Assembly: GCA_046314355.1 (NCBI GenBank) | Contig: JBKBWQ010000001.1 | Span: forward strand, 960,001 to 1,024,000 | Reading direction: 5' to 3' | DNA length: 64,000 nt | From: Candidatus Altimarinota bacterium | GTDB taxonomy: Bacteria > Patescibacteriota > Gracilibacteria > 1-14-2-50-48-13 | Part shown: piece by piece, positions 28,722 through 39,243 of the stretch | How the letters are laid out: every line of letters starts with the position of its first letter | Numbering within the stretch: the stretch's first letter is position 1 | The notes under the pieces: model-generated | Databases searched by the model: none | Told to the model about the DNA's origin: nothing | What the model saw: only the letters and a program-made list of their open reading frames with translations | Made by a program: the position numbers and the translations under genes

Positions 28722-29367
28722 TCTGCTTATAATGATATTGTTGTAAAATGAGATCTAGCTGAGCAAATACCTGTTCAGGCTCTACCGTTGCATTAATCAT
28801 TGTAACTTTTTTCTTTTCTGAGAGCTTTGCTATGACAGGGAAAGTCTTATCAAAAAAAGTTTGAAAACGTTCCATTATTATACTTTCATTCTGATCGTCT
28901 GATCTAGTTATTAACTCTCCTGCGCATTTAGTACATTTATCTCCATCAGAGAAAACCTGTGGATGTCCGCACTCACTACATTCACGTCTACTCTTGATTC
29001 GTTTTAATGCTTCAAGAAGAGATATATCAAAGAATACTGCTACATATTCTCTCTTTTTCTGCTCCATAATATGAAGAAACATTTCCAGCTGTTCTATATT
29101 TCTTGGTAATCCGTCAAAGATAACCGGGAGATTTGCTGCTTTTTTAGATAGGTATTCCTCCAATATATCAAACACTATATGGTCTGATACAAGTCTTCCC
29201 TCCTGCATGATTTTTCTAATATGATCTGCTCTTTCATCCTTCCCGCTTCGTACAACTTCTCTGAGTTCATGTCCAGCTCCGAAACGGAGAAATTTGTACT
29301 TATCAAACAGATACCCTGCCTGTGTACCTTTTCCTGATCCTTGAATTCCAAACAGAAGAAGATCCAC
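28711..29367 (-). CDS. adk: adenylate kinase
   Basis: GIQGSGKGTQ, DGLPRN, Zn lid CSEC…CTKC, RSDD. Confidence 0.95.
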   Translation of the reverse strand: MDLLLFGIQGSGKGTQAGYLFDKYKFLRFGAGHELREVVRSGKDERADHIRKIMQEGRLVSDHIVFDILEEYLSKKAANLPVIFDGLPRNIEQLEMFLHIMEQKKREYVAVFFDISLLEALKRIKSRRECSECGHPQVFSDGDKCTKCAGELITRSDDQNESIIMERFQTFFDKTFPVIAKLSEKKKVTMINATVEPEQVFAQLDLILQQYHYKQNAD

Positions 29368-29379
29368 TAATAGTATATT

Positions 29380-30690
29380 TTAATAAAATTTATCGTAATC
29401 CTGAGTAACCATTTCTACATTAATTTTTCTGAAAAGTTCAAGTACTACACCTACAACGATGATTACTCCTGCTCCACTGAGAAGCAATGGCACATTACCT
29501 GTAGCATTTCCTGAAACAATGTATCCAATGAGGTATGGCATGACTGCAATAAATGCAATGAATAGTCCTCCCCATAGATTTAATCTCATAGATACCTTAG
29601 AAAGATAATCTATAGTTTCCTGACCAGGTCTTACTCCTGGAATAAACCCACCTCTCTTCTGAAGATTCTCTGCCATTTGATTTGGCTGAAAAACTATACT
29701 TACATAGAAGAATGTAAAGAAGATAACAAAGAGGAAATAGAATGCAATATATGCTAAATTTGGATTCTGAGGGTTGAAATGAAGAGTAATAAATGCTCCG
29801 ATATTTCTAAGTGTAGGATTTGATGAGAGCTCCATAAGCTTCGCAGCAATACTTGGAAAAGTTACAATCGATACTGCAAAGATAATAGGTACCATTCCAG
29901 CTTGATTTACTCTCATTGGTAGAGCTGACTTATCAGTTCCTTTTGCACCGTGACCAGCATATGTTACAGGGATTTTTCTCAATGCCTCCGTAAACCAAAC
30001 TACAAATGCAATAAGAGCAACTGTTATAAGAGCAAATATAATCATTGTGAATACTCTTGATTCATCAACTGCAGCAAGAGAGAGCTCCTGTCCAAGTACC
30101 TGTGGGATACTTGAGACGATGGATACAAAGATAATAAGTGATATACCGTTTCCAATTCCTTTTTCAGTAATAAGTTCACCAAGCCACATAAGCAAGATAG
30201 TACCTCCAGTTACAGTACACATAGCAGTTATAAGTGGAAGTGCTGAGCTAGTATCAATAACAGTAAGTCCTGATCCTGATCCATTAAGATTGTTCAAAAG
30301 AAGAATCATTCCATAAGACTGAAGGAATGCCAACGGTAGCGCAAGCCATCGAGTATATTTATTAATTACTTTCTGTCCTCTCTGTCCATCTTTTGATATA
30401 GCTTCAAGTTTTGGAACTATTACCGTCAGAAGCTGTACAATGATTGACGCATTGATGTATGGGGAAAGTCCCATAAGCACAATGGAGAAGTTATTAAGAT
30501 TTCCTCCCATAAGTGCACTGAATGCCCCAAGAGCTTCAGATCGCGCAATAACACTGCTTAAAACAGCATAATTTGTACCAGGAACCGGTACATGAGAAAT
30601 AATCTTGTAAATAAGCAACATACCTATAGTAAATAGGATTTTGTTTCTAAGAGATTTGTTGTTCCAAATGGAACTAAGATAATTTCCCAC
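29380..30690 (-). CDS. secY: preprotein translocase SecY
   Basis: GLSPYINASII, WLGELITEKGIGNGISL, FIPGVRPG. Confidence 0.98.
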   Translation of the reverse strand: MGNYLSSIWNNKSLRNKILFTIGMLLIYKIISHVPVPGTNYAVLSSVIARSEALGAFSALMGGNLNNFSIVLMGLSPYINASIIVQLLTVIVPKLEAISKDGQRGQKVINKYTRWLALPLAFLQSYGMILLLNNLNGSGSGLTVIDTSSALPLITAMCTVTGGTILLMWLGELITEKGIGNGISLIIFVSIVSSIPQVLGQELSLAAVDESRVFTMIIFALITVALIAFVVWFTEALRKIPVTYAGHGAKGTDKSALPMRVNQAGMVPIIFAVSIVTFPSIAAKLMELSSNPTLRNIGAFITLHFNPQNPNLAYIAFYFLFVIFFTFFYVSIVFQPNQMAENLQKRGGFIPGVRPGQETIDYLSKVSMRLNLWGGLFIAFIAVMPYLIGYIVSGNATGNVPLLLSGAGVIIVVGVVLELFRKINVEMVTQDYDKFY

Positions 30691-30731
30691 CGGTTTGATT
30701 AGATTAAAAAGTAGATCTACACAACTGATAG

Positions 30732-31184
30732 TTATGCGGTTACAACTTTGAGAGATCCTCCTGCCTTTTCTACTGCCTCTTTTGCTTTCGCAGATGCAGC
30801 ATCAACTTCTACAGTAAGTTTCTTAGTGATCTTTCCGTTAGCAAGAAGCTTAACAGGAAGAGATTTTTTTCGAATAAGATTTTTTTCAGCAAGAGAAACT
30901 AATGTCACCTCTGATCCTTCATCAAAGATTCTCTCAAGATCAGAGAGGTTAATTACCTGGAAAGCAATTCTGCTAGGATTTTTAAATCCTTTAAGTTTTG
31001 GAACCTTCTGTATGAAAGATGTCTGTCCTCCTTCAAACTGAGACTGGAAAGAAAATCCAGTTCGGCTCTTCTGACCTTTTTGTCCTCGGCCAGACTTACC
31101 TCCTCTTTTCGATCCATATCCTCGACCTACTCTTTTTGCCTTCTTCGCAGGAGAAATCTCTTGGTGAATTTGTGCAATTCTCAT
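30732..31184 (-). CDS. rplO: 50S ribosomal protein L15
   Basis: RVGRGYGS, GRGQKGQKSR, FEGGQ. Confidence 0.98.
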   Translation of the reverse strand: MRIAQIHQEISPAKKAKRVGRGYGSKRGGKSGRGQKGQKSRTGFSFQSQFEGGQTSFIQKVPKLKGFKNPSRIAFQVINLSDLERIFDEGSEVTLVSLAEKNLIRKKSLPVKLLANGKITKKLTVEVDAASAKAKEAVEKAGGSLKVVTA

Positions 31185-31219
31185 GGGGTCTAAAATTATA
31201 AATGTATATGATATATAGA

Positions 31220-31798
31220 TTATTCAGCCTTTTTAGGCGCTGGGCTCTTAGCCACAGGCTTCTTAGCTTCAGTAGTTACTGGAGCAGCTTCATTTTTCTT
31301 CTTTTCTGGAGTCTCTCTTACATCTGCCTGAGAAATAGTAGCAAGAGCCTGAAGAGTTGCACGTGCAACACTAATCTTATTTGAAGTTCCAAATGACTTA
31401 CTAAGAATATTCTTAATACCAGCAAGCTCAACTACTTTTCGTACAGCTCCACCAGCAATAATACCAGTACCTTCTCCTGCAGGCATAAGCATAATTCGTG
31501 CACTTTTGAATTTATGCTTAAGACTATGAGTAATAGTATCGTTAGTAATTTTAACATTAATCATATTCTTCTTTGCTTGCTGAGTTGCCTTCTGAATTGC
31601 CACAATAACTTCTCCGGCTTTTCCGACCCCCATACCGATCTTTCCTTTCTTATTTCCCATTACAAGGGTCACTCGAAATCTAAGTCTTCGTCCTCCAGAT
31701 ACTACACGAGTAACTCGGTCAATCTGAAGTACCTCTTCAAAATACTCTTTAGGAGCATTTCTATTTCCATGTAAAACTGATGATGAACCTTTTGCCAC
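31220..31798 (-). CDS. rpsE: 30S ribosomal protein S5
   Basis: [22 protein letters not shown]; GTG start. Confidence 0.98.
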   Translation of the reverse strand: MAKGSSSVLHGNRNAPKEYFEEVLQIDRVTRVVSGGRRLRFRVTLVMGNKKGKIGMGVGKAGEVIVAIQKATQQAKKNMINVKITNDTITHSLKHKFKSARIMLMPAGEGTGIIAGGAVRKVVELAGIKNILSKSFGTSNKISVARATLQALATISQADVRETPEKKKNEAAPVTTEAKKPVAKSPAPKKAE

Positions 31799-31810
31799 GG
31801 TGAGTAACTG

Positions 31811-32155
31811 TTAAAATGTAAGACCTGATTCGCGGAGCGCTTCTGCAAATATCTGGATTTTACCATGATATTTATATCCGTTTCTATCAAAAACAACTTT
31901 TTCAATGCCCTTTTCCTTTAGCATTCCTCCGAATTCTTTTCCAAGAGTTGCTGCAGAATCTTTATTATTCTTAGCCCCCTTAGTTAGAAGAGTACTACCA
32001 GAGAAAAGAGTCTTTCCAACTGTATCATCAATAACCTGAACTGACAAACCTCTATTACTTCTAAACACAGAAACTCGTGGTCTTTCAGCAGAACCCGATA
32101 CATGTGTTCTCACTCTAGTTTTTCTTCGTAGACGTGCTACAACTTTGCTGCTCAT
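31811..32155 (-). CDS. rplR: 50S ribosomal protein L18
   Basis: RPRVSVFRSN, VVFDRNGYKYHG; start at MSSK. Confidence 0.97.
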   Translation of the reverse strand: MSSKVVARLRRKTRVRTHVSGSAERPRVSVFRSNRGLSVQVIDDTVGKTLFSGSTLLTKGAKNNKDSAATLGKEFGGMLKEKGIEKVVFDRNGYKYHGKIQIFAEALRESGLTF

Positions 32156-32179
32156 AACGTATAGAAACAAATAGTAAAT

Positions 32180-32725
32180 TTATTTTCCAGCAGATTTACC
32201 TGCCTTTCTAATAATATGCTCACCCTTATAACGAATTCCTTTACCCTTATATGGCTCAGGAGATCTTAACTCTCTAATATCAGAAGCAACCTGTCCTACA
32301 AGTTCTTTATCAAAACCAGTAATTACAATAGTGTTCTTCTCATCTGGATCCATAGTAAAGGTTACTCCAGTTGGAGCAGGAACTTCTACTGGATGAGAGT
32401 ATCCGAGAGAGAGAACAAGTTTTGCTCCCTGTACCTGAGCTTTATATCCTACTCCATGAATCTCAAGCTTCTTTTCAAATCCCTTACTTACACCTTGTAC
32501 CATATTTGCGAGAATACTTCTAGCAAGCCCTTGGAATTTAGGAGCATCATCGACTTCTTTCCTTGTTACAGTAAGAACATCTCCATCAAGTTTTACTTCT
32601 ACATATGCAACCGGGAACTCATAAGAGAGCTCACCCTTGCTACCTTTCACATGTACGACACTGTCTTGAACAGTCACTGTACATCCTGAAGGAATCGTAA
32701 TAATTTTTTTACCAATGCGTGACAC
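32180..32725 (-). CDS. rplF: 50S ribosomal protein L6
   Basis: SRIGKK, GVGYKA, PEPYKGKGIRY. Confidence 0.98.
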   Translation of the reverse strand: MSRIGKKIITIPSGCTVTVQDSVVHVKGSKGELSYEFPVAYVEVKLDGDVLTVTRKEVDDAPKFQGLARSILANMVQGVSKGFEKKLEIHGVGYKAQVQGAKLVLSLGYSHPVEVPAPTGVTFTMDPDEKNTIVITGFDKELVGQVASDIRELRSPEPYKGKGIRYKGEHIIRKAGKSAGK

Positions 32726-32748
32726 GGCGGTAGTGGTTAAATATAAAA

Positions 32749-33141
32749 TTAGTATACTTCACAGAGAACTTCTCCTCCTAGACCTGCATGATGAGCTTCA
32801 TAGCTCGTCATTAGACCTTTTGAAGTAGAAATGATTGCGAGTCCATAACCATTGTTTACTGGCTTAATCTCTTGAGCCTTCTTATATACTCTCTTTCCAG
32901 GAGTACTAATTCGATCAAAATCTGGTCGAATATCATCTATACCCTTCTCTGGAATAGTAAGTAGAAGATTTTTCTTTACTCCAATAGTTTCAACATCTAC
33001 TGATGCAAGATATTTATTCTTTTCAAGTATCTTTGCAATACCAAACTTAAGGTTTGAGTAAGGCAACTTTACAAGAGTCTTTCTGGCCTTATACGCATTT
33101 CTCAGTCTCGTGAGCAAATCTGCGATTGGATCTGTATTCAT
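32749..33141 (-). CDS. rpsH: 30S ribosomal protein S8
   Basis: DPIADLLTRLRN, STSKGLMT, GGEVL. Confidence 0.98.
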   Translation of the reverse strand: MNTDPIADLLTRLRNAYKARKTLVKLPYSNLKFGIAKILEKNKYLASVDVETIGVKKNLLLTIPEKGIDDIRPDFDRISTPGKRVYKKAQEIKPVNNGYGLAIISTSKGLMTSYEAHHAGLGGEVLCEVY

Positions 33142-33176
33142 ATGAGTAGTTAAAAAATTTTTGTAAAATATAATGC

Positions 33177-33401
33177 TTACCAGCTTGCTTTTCGAATACC
33201 TACGATATCTCCGACAGATGCCTTTTCTCTAAAGCATATTCTGCACATCTGGAAAGCTCTTAAGTATCCTCGATTTCTTCCGCAAAGATTACATCTATGA
33301 TAAACCTTTGTTGGCATTACTGGTTTTTTTCCTGCCTTTACAGCTTTTGCTACTGCAGATGCATGTCTTGCCGTCTTAACTACGAGTGCTTTTCTAGCCA
33401 C
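33177..33401 (-). CDS. rpsN: 30S ribosomal protein S14 (Zn type)
   Basis: RCNLCGR…MCRICFRE…KASW. Confidence 0.97.
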   Translation of the reverse strand: MARKALVVKTARHASAVAKAVKAGKKPVMPTKVYHRCNLCGRNRGYLRAFQMCRICFREKASVGDIVGIRKASW

Positions 33402-33426
33402 AGTGTATTAGATTTATAAATTAAAA

Positions 33427-33975
33427 TTACTTTTTTTGAAATGGAAGTCCCATGTGAATAAGAAGAGCTTTTCCTTCATCAGCAGTTTTCGCGCTTGTAG
33501 AAAAAGTAATCTGAACTCCGTGGATCATAATATCATCATCCTGTCTGATCTCTGGAAATACTGTCTGTTCCTTTAACCCGATTGAATAATTACCCTGTCC
33601 GTCAAAAGATTGAGTAGAAAGTCCTCTAAAGTCTCGAACTCGTGGAAAGATAACATGAACAAGTTTTGCAACAAATGCGTACATCTTTTTTCCTCTGAGT
33701 GTAACCATAAGACCTACAGGCATCCCCTGTCTAAGCTTAAAGTTTGAGATTGCTATCTTTGATTTTTTCACAACACACTTCTGCCCAGTAAGGATAGTAA
33801 GGTTGTTTGCAACAGCAGAGAAATCTTTGCTTTTCTGCATCATTGAACCAATTCCAATACTTACTACAACTTTTTCAAGATGAGGAAGTGCGTGAATATT
33901 TTTTTCATTGAGCTCTTTAGACAATCCTTCTCGGATGTTCTCTTTCAGCTCTGCCTGATAGGAAGCTTTTGCCAT
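33427..33975 (-). CDS. rplE: 50S ribosomal protein L5
   Basis: FKLRQG, PRVRDFRG, FDGQGNY. Confidence 0.98.
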   Translation of the reverse strand: MAKASYQAELKENIREGLSKELNEKNIHALPHLEKVVVSIGIGSMMQKSKDFSAVANNLTILTGQKCVVKKSKIAISNFKLRQGMPVGLMVTLRGKKMYAFVAKLVHVIFPRVRDFRGLSTQSFDGQGNYSIGLKEQTVFPEIRQDDDIMIHGVQITFSTSAKTADEGKALLIHMGLPFQKK

Positions 33976-34006
33976 AATTCTTTAAAGTAATATATAATGA
34001 GTAAAC

Positions 34007-34330
34007 TTATTTCTTTTTTGGAGCTTCAATCTTTGCACCAGTTTTCTTTGCAATACGTACTGTTTTTTTCTTTTCATCACGGTCAATCTTGATTCGTGAT
34101 GCTTTTTTTTCTTTAGAGTCGTAATACATTACATTAGAAACATCTATCCAGTTCTCCATTTTCTTAAGCTCACCTGGATTACCCATGTTCTTTTTTACAT
34201 GTTTTGTTACTACATTTACTCCTTCTACTTTTACTTTATTCGTATCGTGATCGGCAGCGATAATAACAGCGATTTTTCCTCTATCCTTACCTCTCATGAT
34301 TTTCACGGTATCGTTTAATGTAAGTTTCAT
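34007..34330 (-). CDS. rplX: 50S ribosomal protein L24
   Basis: GKDRGK, VEGVNVVTKH, IDVSNV. Confidence 0.97.
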   Translation of the reverse strand: MKLTLNDTVKIMRGKDRGKIAVIIAADHDTNKVKVEGVNVVTKHVKKNMGNPGELKKMENWIDVSNVMYYDSKEKKASRIKIDRDEKKKTVRIAKKTGAKIEAPKKK

Positions 34331-34362
34331 ACTGATGTTACAAAGATTATAAATGAAATATA

Positions 34363-34731
34363 TTACAACACTTCAGGCGCAAGAGAAATGATCTTCTGAA
34401 ATCCTTTAGTTCTAAGCTCTCTTGGAATTGGTCCAAATATACGTGTTCCTTTAGGCATAAGATCTGCTCCGATGATTACAGCAGCGTTATCATCAAATCG
34501 AATGTAGCTTCCGTCTTTTCTTCGGATTTCTTTCTTACATCGAACAATAACAGCCTTCTGAACAGACTTTTTCTTTACAACTCCTTTAGCAGAAGCCTCC
34601 TTGATAGAAACCACAACAACATCTCCAACCTCAGCATATCGTCTCTTTGATCCTCCAAGAACTTTAATACACATAGCCTCCTTTGCTCCACTGTTGTCCG
34701 CGATTCCCATTCGTGATTGTACCTGAATCAT
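34363..34731 (-). CDS. rplN: 50S ribosomal protein L14
   Basis: ADNSGAK, FDDNAAV, GTRIFGP, SLAPEVL. Confidence 0.98.
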   Translation of the reverse strand: MIQVQSRMGIADNSGAKEAMCIKVLGGSKRRYAEVGDVVVVSIKEASAKGVVKKKSVQKAVIVRCKKEIRRKDGSYIRFDDNAAVIIGADLMPKGTRIFGPIPRELRTKGFQKIISLAPEVL

Positions 34732-34764
34732 ATTATTCTTTTAAAATTAAGTATATACGAGTAA

Positions 34765-35019
34765 TTATTTTACAACTTCGACAAGCTCCCATCTCTTGAG
34801 CTTGCTTAATGGTCGAGTCTCTTTAATTACAACAACCTGTCCAGAAGCACATTCATTATTCTCGTCGTGAGCATAAAACTTCTTTGAAATCTTGTATCGT
34901 TTCTGATACTTAGGATGTACCTTGTAGGTATCTACCTTAACTACGATAGTTTTATCCATCTTAGTAGAAAGTACTACTCCTTTTTTAGTTCTAATTTGTG
35001 GTGCCTGGTTCTGTGTCAT
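34765..35019 (-). CDS. rpsQ: 30S ribosomal protein S17
   Basis: [25 protein letters not shown]; start at MTQN. Confidence 0.97.
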   Translation of the reverse strand: MTQNQAPQIRTKKGVVLSTKMDKTIVVKVDTYKVHPKYQKRYKISKKFYAHDENNECASGQVVVIKETRPLSKLKRWELVEVVK

Positions 35020-35051
35020 AGTGACTTGTCGCAAAAAATGTAAGTGTAAAA

Positions 35052-35456
35052 TTATTCTGTAAGGAACTTTGTCTGAAGAGGAAGCTTATGAGAAGCTAGT
35101 CTAAACGCCTCTCGGGCAGTAGCTTCATCAACACCGTCAATTTCAAAAATGATTTTTCCTGGTTTTACTGCTGCTCTATAGAACTCTACAGAACCCTTTC
35201 CTGATCCTTGCGGAGTCTCTGCTGCTTTCTTAGTAAAAGGACGATCTGGAAAAATTCTAATCCAGATTTTACCACCTCTTTTAAGATATCTTGTCATAGT
35301 TCGTCGTGCAGCCTCAAGCTGACGAGAGCTAATATATCCTCTTGTTGTAGCCTTAAGAGCGAATGATCCGAAACTTATAGTACTTCCTCTATTTGCAAGT
35401 CCCTTTAATCTTCCTCGTTGTGCTTTACGATATTTAGTTTTTTTCGGTGCTAACAT
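35052..35456 (-). CDS. rplP: 50S ribosomal protein L16
   Basis: [23 protein letters not shown]. Confidence 0.98.
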   Translation of the reverse strand: MLAPKKTKYRKAQRGRLKGLANRGSTISFGSFALKATTRGYISSRQLEAARRTMTRYLKRGGKIWIRIFPDRPFTKKAAETPQGSGKGSVEFYRAAVKPGKIIFEIDGVDEATAREAFRLASHKLPLQTKFLTE

Positions 35457-35533
35457 AAGAACTTATGTAAAAAATTACTCGATTAATGTATAGTTAGAAT
35501 AGCAATAAGTCAATAGCAAGTTGGCTTGCTGAC

Positions 35534-36193
35534 TTAAGCTTCATTAGAAACGGTCTGTGCTTTTTTCTTAAACTTTTCTCCCTTATAGATCCATACCTTG
35601 ATTCCGATTGCTCCATATGTAGTATGTGCAGCCACATGCGCGAAATCAATATCTGCTCGGAATGTATGAAGTGGGATATTTCCATCTTTGAAGAACTCTT
35701 TTCGTGCGATTTCTGCTCCATTGAGTCTTCCACCTGCTTTGATCTTAATTCCAATTGCTCCAGCCTCTCTACTCTTTTCAATAGCTGCCTTTACTGCTCT
35801 TCGATATGGGATTCTTTTCTCAATCTGCTGAGCAATAGATGCTGCTACTAACTCTGCATCAAGTTCAGGTTTTTTAATTTCCTTAATATTGATAGTGAAG
35901 ACTTTGTTAAACTTTGTCTGTAGAGCAATTCGAAGTTTATCAATATTATCTCCTTTTTTACCAATGATCATTCCTGGTTTAGCAGAGAATACATTGACGA
36001 CGATACTTTGAAGAGATCTTTCTATTTCAACCTTGGAAACTCCGCAGTTTTTCAAAATAGTTTTAACGAGTTTCTTAATTTGGATGTCATCATGAAGGAA
36101 CTGAGCAAAAGTTGCTTTTGGAGCATACCAACTTGATCCCCAAGTTCTCGTGATACCAAGTCTAATTGAATGTGGATTAACTTTCTGACCCAT
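35534..36193 (-). CDS. rpsC: 30S ribosomal protein S3
   Basis: MGQKVNP, GRLNGAEIAR, PLHTFRADID. Confidence 0.98.
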   Translation of the reverse strand: MGQKVNPHSIRLGITRTWGSSWYAPKATFAQFLHDDIQIKKLVKTILKNCGVSKVEIERSLQSIVVNVFSAKPGMIIGKKGDNIDKLRIALQTKFNKVFTINIKEIKKPELDAELVAASIAQQIEKRIPYRRAVKAAIEKSREAGAIGIKIKAGGRLNGAEIARKEFFKDGNIPLHTFRADIDFAHVAAHTTYGAIGIKVWIYKGEKFKKKAQTVSNEA

Positions 36194-36208
36194 GGTGTAA
36201 ATTAATAA

Positions 36209-36532
36209 TTAGATACCTACCTCTACAAAAATATGTGACGTTCTCTTCAAGATTCTTCGTGCTCGTCCTCTGGAGACTGGATTAATTCTTTTAAGAGTTG
36301 GTCCTGGAACTATGAGAAGAGACTTGATAACAAGTTCATCCTCTTTCTGTGCAAAGTTATTTACTGCATTTGCAGATGCAGACTTTACTGCTTTGTAAAC
36401 TTCCATAGCTGGTTTCTTATTAAGAAACTTAAGTTCAGCCAAGGCAGTCTTTACTTTCTTATTTCTCACAAGGCCGGCCACAATGTTGACCTTTTTAGGA
36501 GAAATCCGAACATACTTTCGTACTGCTTTCAT
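36209..36532 (-). CDS. rplV: 50S ribosomal protein L22
   Basis: RISPKKV, GPTLKR, RGRA, KRTSHI. Confidence 0.98.
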   Translation of the reverse strand: MKAVRKYVRISPKKVNIVAGLVRNKKVKTALAELKFLNKKPAMEVYKAVKSASANAVNNFAQKEDELVIKSLLIVPGPTLKRINPVSRGRARRILKRTSHIFVEVGI

Positions 36533-36563
36533 CGTCTCTGGAGTAAAAATTTAATTGGTGATA

Positions 36564-36854
36564 TTATTTCTTTAAGTTTCCGGTCATTCTAGCAAGCTGA
36601 CCTCCATGTCCTCGGAATTTTCTCGTAATTGAGAATTCACCAAGTCTGTGACCAACCATGTTTTCTGTACAAAAGACAGGAATGAATTCCTTACCATTGT
36701 AGACACCGAGAGTAACTCCAACAAAATCTGGAGAAATCACACTGTCTCTTGACCAAGTTTTAATAATCTTCTTTGCATTTTCATTGCGAGCTTTCTGTAC
36801 CTTTAGTAAGAGTCTTTCATCAATGAAATATCCTTTTTTAGAGCTTCTAGACAC
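36564..36854 (-). CDS. rpsS: 30S ribosomal protein S19
   Basis: [15 protein letters not shown]. Confidence 0.98.
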   Translation of the reverse strand: MSRSSKKGYFIDERLLLKVQKARNENAKKIIKTWSRDSVISPDFVGVTLGVYNGKEFIPVFCTENMVGHRLGEFSITRKFRGHGGQLARMTGNLKK

Positions 36855-36879
36855 GGCTTATAGGTGTAAGAAATTAAAA

Positions 36880-37707
36880 TTAACGTTTTTTCACGATAAG
36901 CTTCGTAGAAGCTTTCTTTTTTCTTCGAGTCTTTACTCCAAGTGCAGGCTTACCCCAAGGAGTCTTCGGATGCTTAAGACCGATTGAGTTTGACCCTTCT
37001 CCTCCTCCGTGTGGATGATCTACAGGGTTCATAACTTTACCTCGTACTTCAGGTCTCTTTCTCATCCATCTTGATCGACCAGCCTTACCAATCACCATAT
37101 TTCCATGATCGATATTACTAAGCTGTCCGAGAGTTGCGTAACATACATTTCTAATATAACGAGTCTCACCTGAAGGAAGTGCTACAAGAGCAAGCTCGCC
37201 TTCCTGACCTAGAACCTTTGCAGAAAGTCCAGCACCTCGTACAAGCTGTCCTCCCTTACCTGGCTGAAGTTCAATGTTGTAGACTGCATATCCTTCTGGA
37301 ATATGCTTAAGCTGCATTCTATTTCCCGTCTTATACTTTACTTTCTCTCCGCATATGATCTGATCTCCAACTTTCATATCGATACCAGCAAGTACATATC
37401 TCTTTTCTCCATCAGCGTAGAAGACTAGTGCAATAAATGCAGATCTATTTGGATCATACTCGATTGCTTTAATAGTACCAGATATATTGAGCTTATCAGT
37501 CTGAAGAAAATCAACCATTCGATAAAGTCTTTTATGTCCTCCACCTCTGTGTCTTACAGTGATTTTTCCCTGATTGTTTCGTCCTGCGTTATTCTTCTTT
37601 GATACAAGAAGCGCCTTTTCTGGTTCTTTCTTTGTAAGACCTGAATAGTCTACCACGGACATCTGTCTTCTTCCCGGAGTAAAGGCTCTATACTTTTTAA
37701 TTGCCAT
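36880..37707 (-). CDS. rplB: 50S ribosomal protein L2
   Basis: GRNNQGKITVRHRGGG, EYDPNRSA, MNPVDHPHGGGEG. Confidence 0.99.
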   Translation of the reverse strand: MAIKKYRAFTPGRRQMSVVDYSGLTKKEPEKALLVSKKNNAGRNNQGKITVRHRGGGHKRLYRMVDFLQTDKLNISGTIKAIEYDPNRSAFIALVFYADGEKRYVLAGIDMKVGDQIICGEKVKYKTGNRMQLKHIPEGYAVYNIELQPGKGGQLVRGAGLSAKVLGQEGELALVALPSGETRYIRNVCYATLGQLSNIDHGNMVIGKAGRSRWMRKRPEVRGKVMNPVDHPHGGGEGSNSIGLKHPKTPWGKPALGVKTRRKKKASTKLIVKKR

Positions 37708-37733
37708 ACGAGTATGTAGTTACAAATGGATAA

Positions 37734-38012
37734 TTATTTAAGCTTTTCAAAATCAATTTCTTTTGAGTTCTTTGCAAGAAATACAAGAGCTTTTTTCTGT
37801 GCCTGTCTTCTTGTAAGAGTTTTTCCTCTTCCAACGATACGTTTTTTAGATTTTACTGAAAGTATTGCAACCTTAGCTACAGATACTTCAAATGTTTTTT
37901 CTATTTCTTTCTTTACTTCAATCTTATTCGCAGTAGTAGGAACTTTAAAAGTATAAACCCGTACAGCCTCCAAGAGAGATGTCTTTTCTGAAACAATAGG
38001 TGTGAGTTTCAT
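37734..38012 (-). CDS. rplW: 50S ribosomal protein L23
   Basis: PIVSEK, ANKIEVKKEIEKTF, KKALV; start moved to MKLTP. Confidence 0.95.
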   Translation of the reverse strand: MKLTPIVSEKTSLLEAVRVYTFKVPTTANKIEVKKEIEKTFEVSVAKVAILSVKSKKRIVGRGKTLTRRQAQKKALVFLAKNSKEIDFEKLK

Positions 38013-38025
38013 TCTATATAAAAAA

Positions 38026-38646
38026 TTATTGAGTAACATACATTCCTTCGAATTTCTCCAAAGCTGCTTTTGTAAAAATAACACGCTCGTTAATGAGAAG
38101 ATCCATTACCTTTACTGAGTCAACACTCTTAACAGAAACATTAGCTACATTTTTTATAGCTTTAGTGATTGCAGAATGAGGAAGATCATAGATAATAGAA
38201 GACTTTCCCTGAGGGAGAAGACTAAGCATTTTTACTGTATCCTTAGATTTAAGAATATCCTTATCAAAAGAAATTACAGAGAGCTTTCCTTCTTTTGCAA
38301 CAAGTGAAAGAGCACTGAAGAGAGCAAGTCTCTTTTCTTTAATAGGCATTTTCTTAGAAAAATTTCTAACTCCTCTAGGTCCAAAAGCAACTCCGCCTCC
38401 TATAAAGTGAGGATTAGTTGTTGATCCTTGTCGTGCATTACCAGTACCTTTTTGTCTAAAAGGTTTCTTTCCTCCACCTCTTACCTGAGCTTTTGAAAGA
38501 GTAGACGCGAGATTATATCTCTTGTTACTTTCATTCACCCTAAGGGCCTTATGCATAGCCGGAGCAGATTCTTCTATGTTAAAAATATCGTCAGATACCT
38601 TAATCTTAGATGCAACTCCTTCTTGTGAAAATAATTGTAGTTCCAT
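38026..38646 (-). CDS. rplD: 50S ribosomal protein L4
   Basis: GGGKKPFRQKGTGNARQGS, GGGVAFGP. Confidence 0.98.
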   Translation of the reverse strand: MELQLFSQEGVASKIKVSDDIFNIEESAPAMHKALRVNESNKRYNLASTLSKAQVRGGGKKPFRQKGTGNARQGSTTNPHFIGGGVAFGPRGVRNFSKKMPIKEKRLALFSALSLVAKEGKLSVISFDKDILKSKDTVKMLSLLPQGKSSIIYDLPHSAITKAIKNVANVSVKSVDSVKVMDLLINERVIFTKAALEKFEGMYVTQ

Positions 38647-38651
38647 GAAAC

Positions 38652-39218
38652 TTAAAATGATATATATACTGTACTACCCTGACTTCCTGGCACTGCTCCT
38701 TTTACAACTAAGAGTGAGTTCGTTGTATCAATATCGAGTAGAGGTACTCCTCTAAGAGTAACTGTATCTGTACCCATATGTCCTGGCATTTTTCTACCTG
38801 GTCGAGTTCTTCTTGGTTTTCTGTTACCAATAGATCCAATTGCTCGGACATATTTAGCACCATGAGAACCTCGTCCTCCCTTAAAATTATGTCTCTTCAT
38901 ACCTCCTTGGAATCCTTTACCTTTTGAAACTCCTGTAACACGTACCTCAGAAACTCCATCAAGAATATCAACTCCATACTCAGCATCTTTTTCAGCTCCT
39001 TTTCCCTCAGTAAGAGGAAACTGCTTAATTTCTCCAAAATTCTTTTTAGATTCAGAATACTTAGTACCCACTACCACTGCGTCAACATTGTCGTTCTCTT
39101 TTGTCTTCACCTGTAAAACCTTATGGTTTTTCACATGAAGAATGGTTCCAGGAATAAAATGTCCTTTATCATTCTTCACTTGTGTCATTCCTATTTTTTC
39201 TGCGATTAAACCTGCCAT
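38652..39218 (-). CDS. rplC: 50S ribosomal protein L3
   Basis: KIGMTQ, SKGKGFQGGMKRH, KMPGHMG, VKGAVPG. Confidence 0.98.
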   Translation of the reverse strand: MAGLIAEKIGMTQVKNDKGHFIPGTILHVKNHKVLQVKTKENDNVDAVVVGTKYSESKKNFGEIKQFPLTEGKGAEKDAEYGVDILDGVSEVRVTGVSKGKGFQGGMKRHNFKGGRGSHGAKYVRAIGSIGNRKPRRTRPGRKMPGHMGTDTVTLRGVPLLDIDTTNSLLVVKGAVPGSQGSTVYISF

Positions 39219-39243
39219 AAATAAAGAAACTTAAAAAAAAGTA

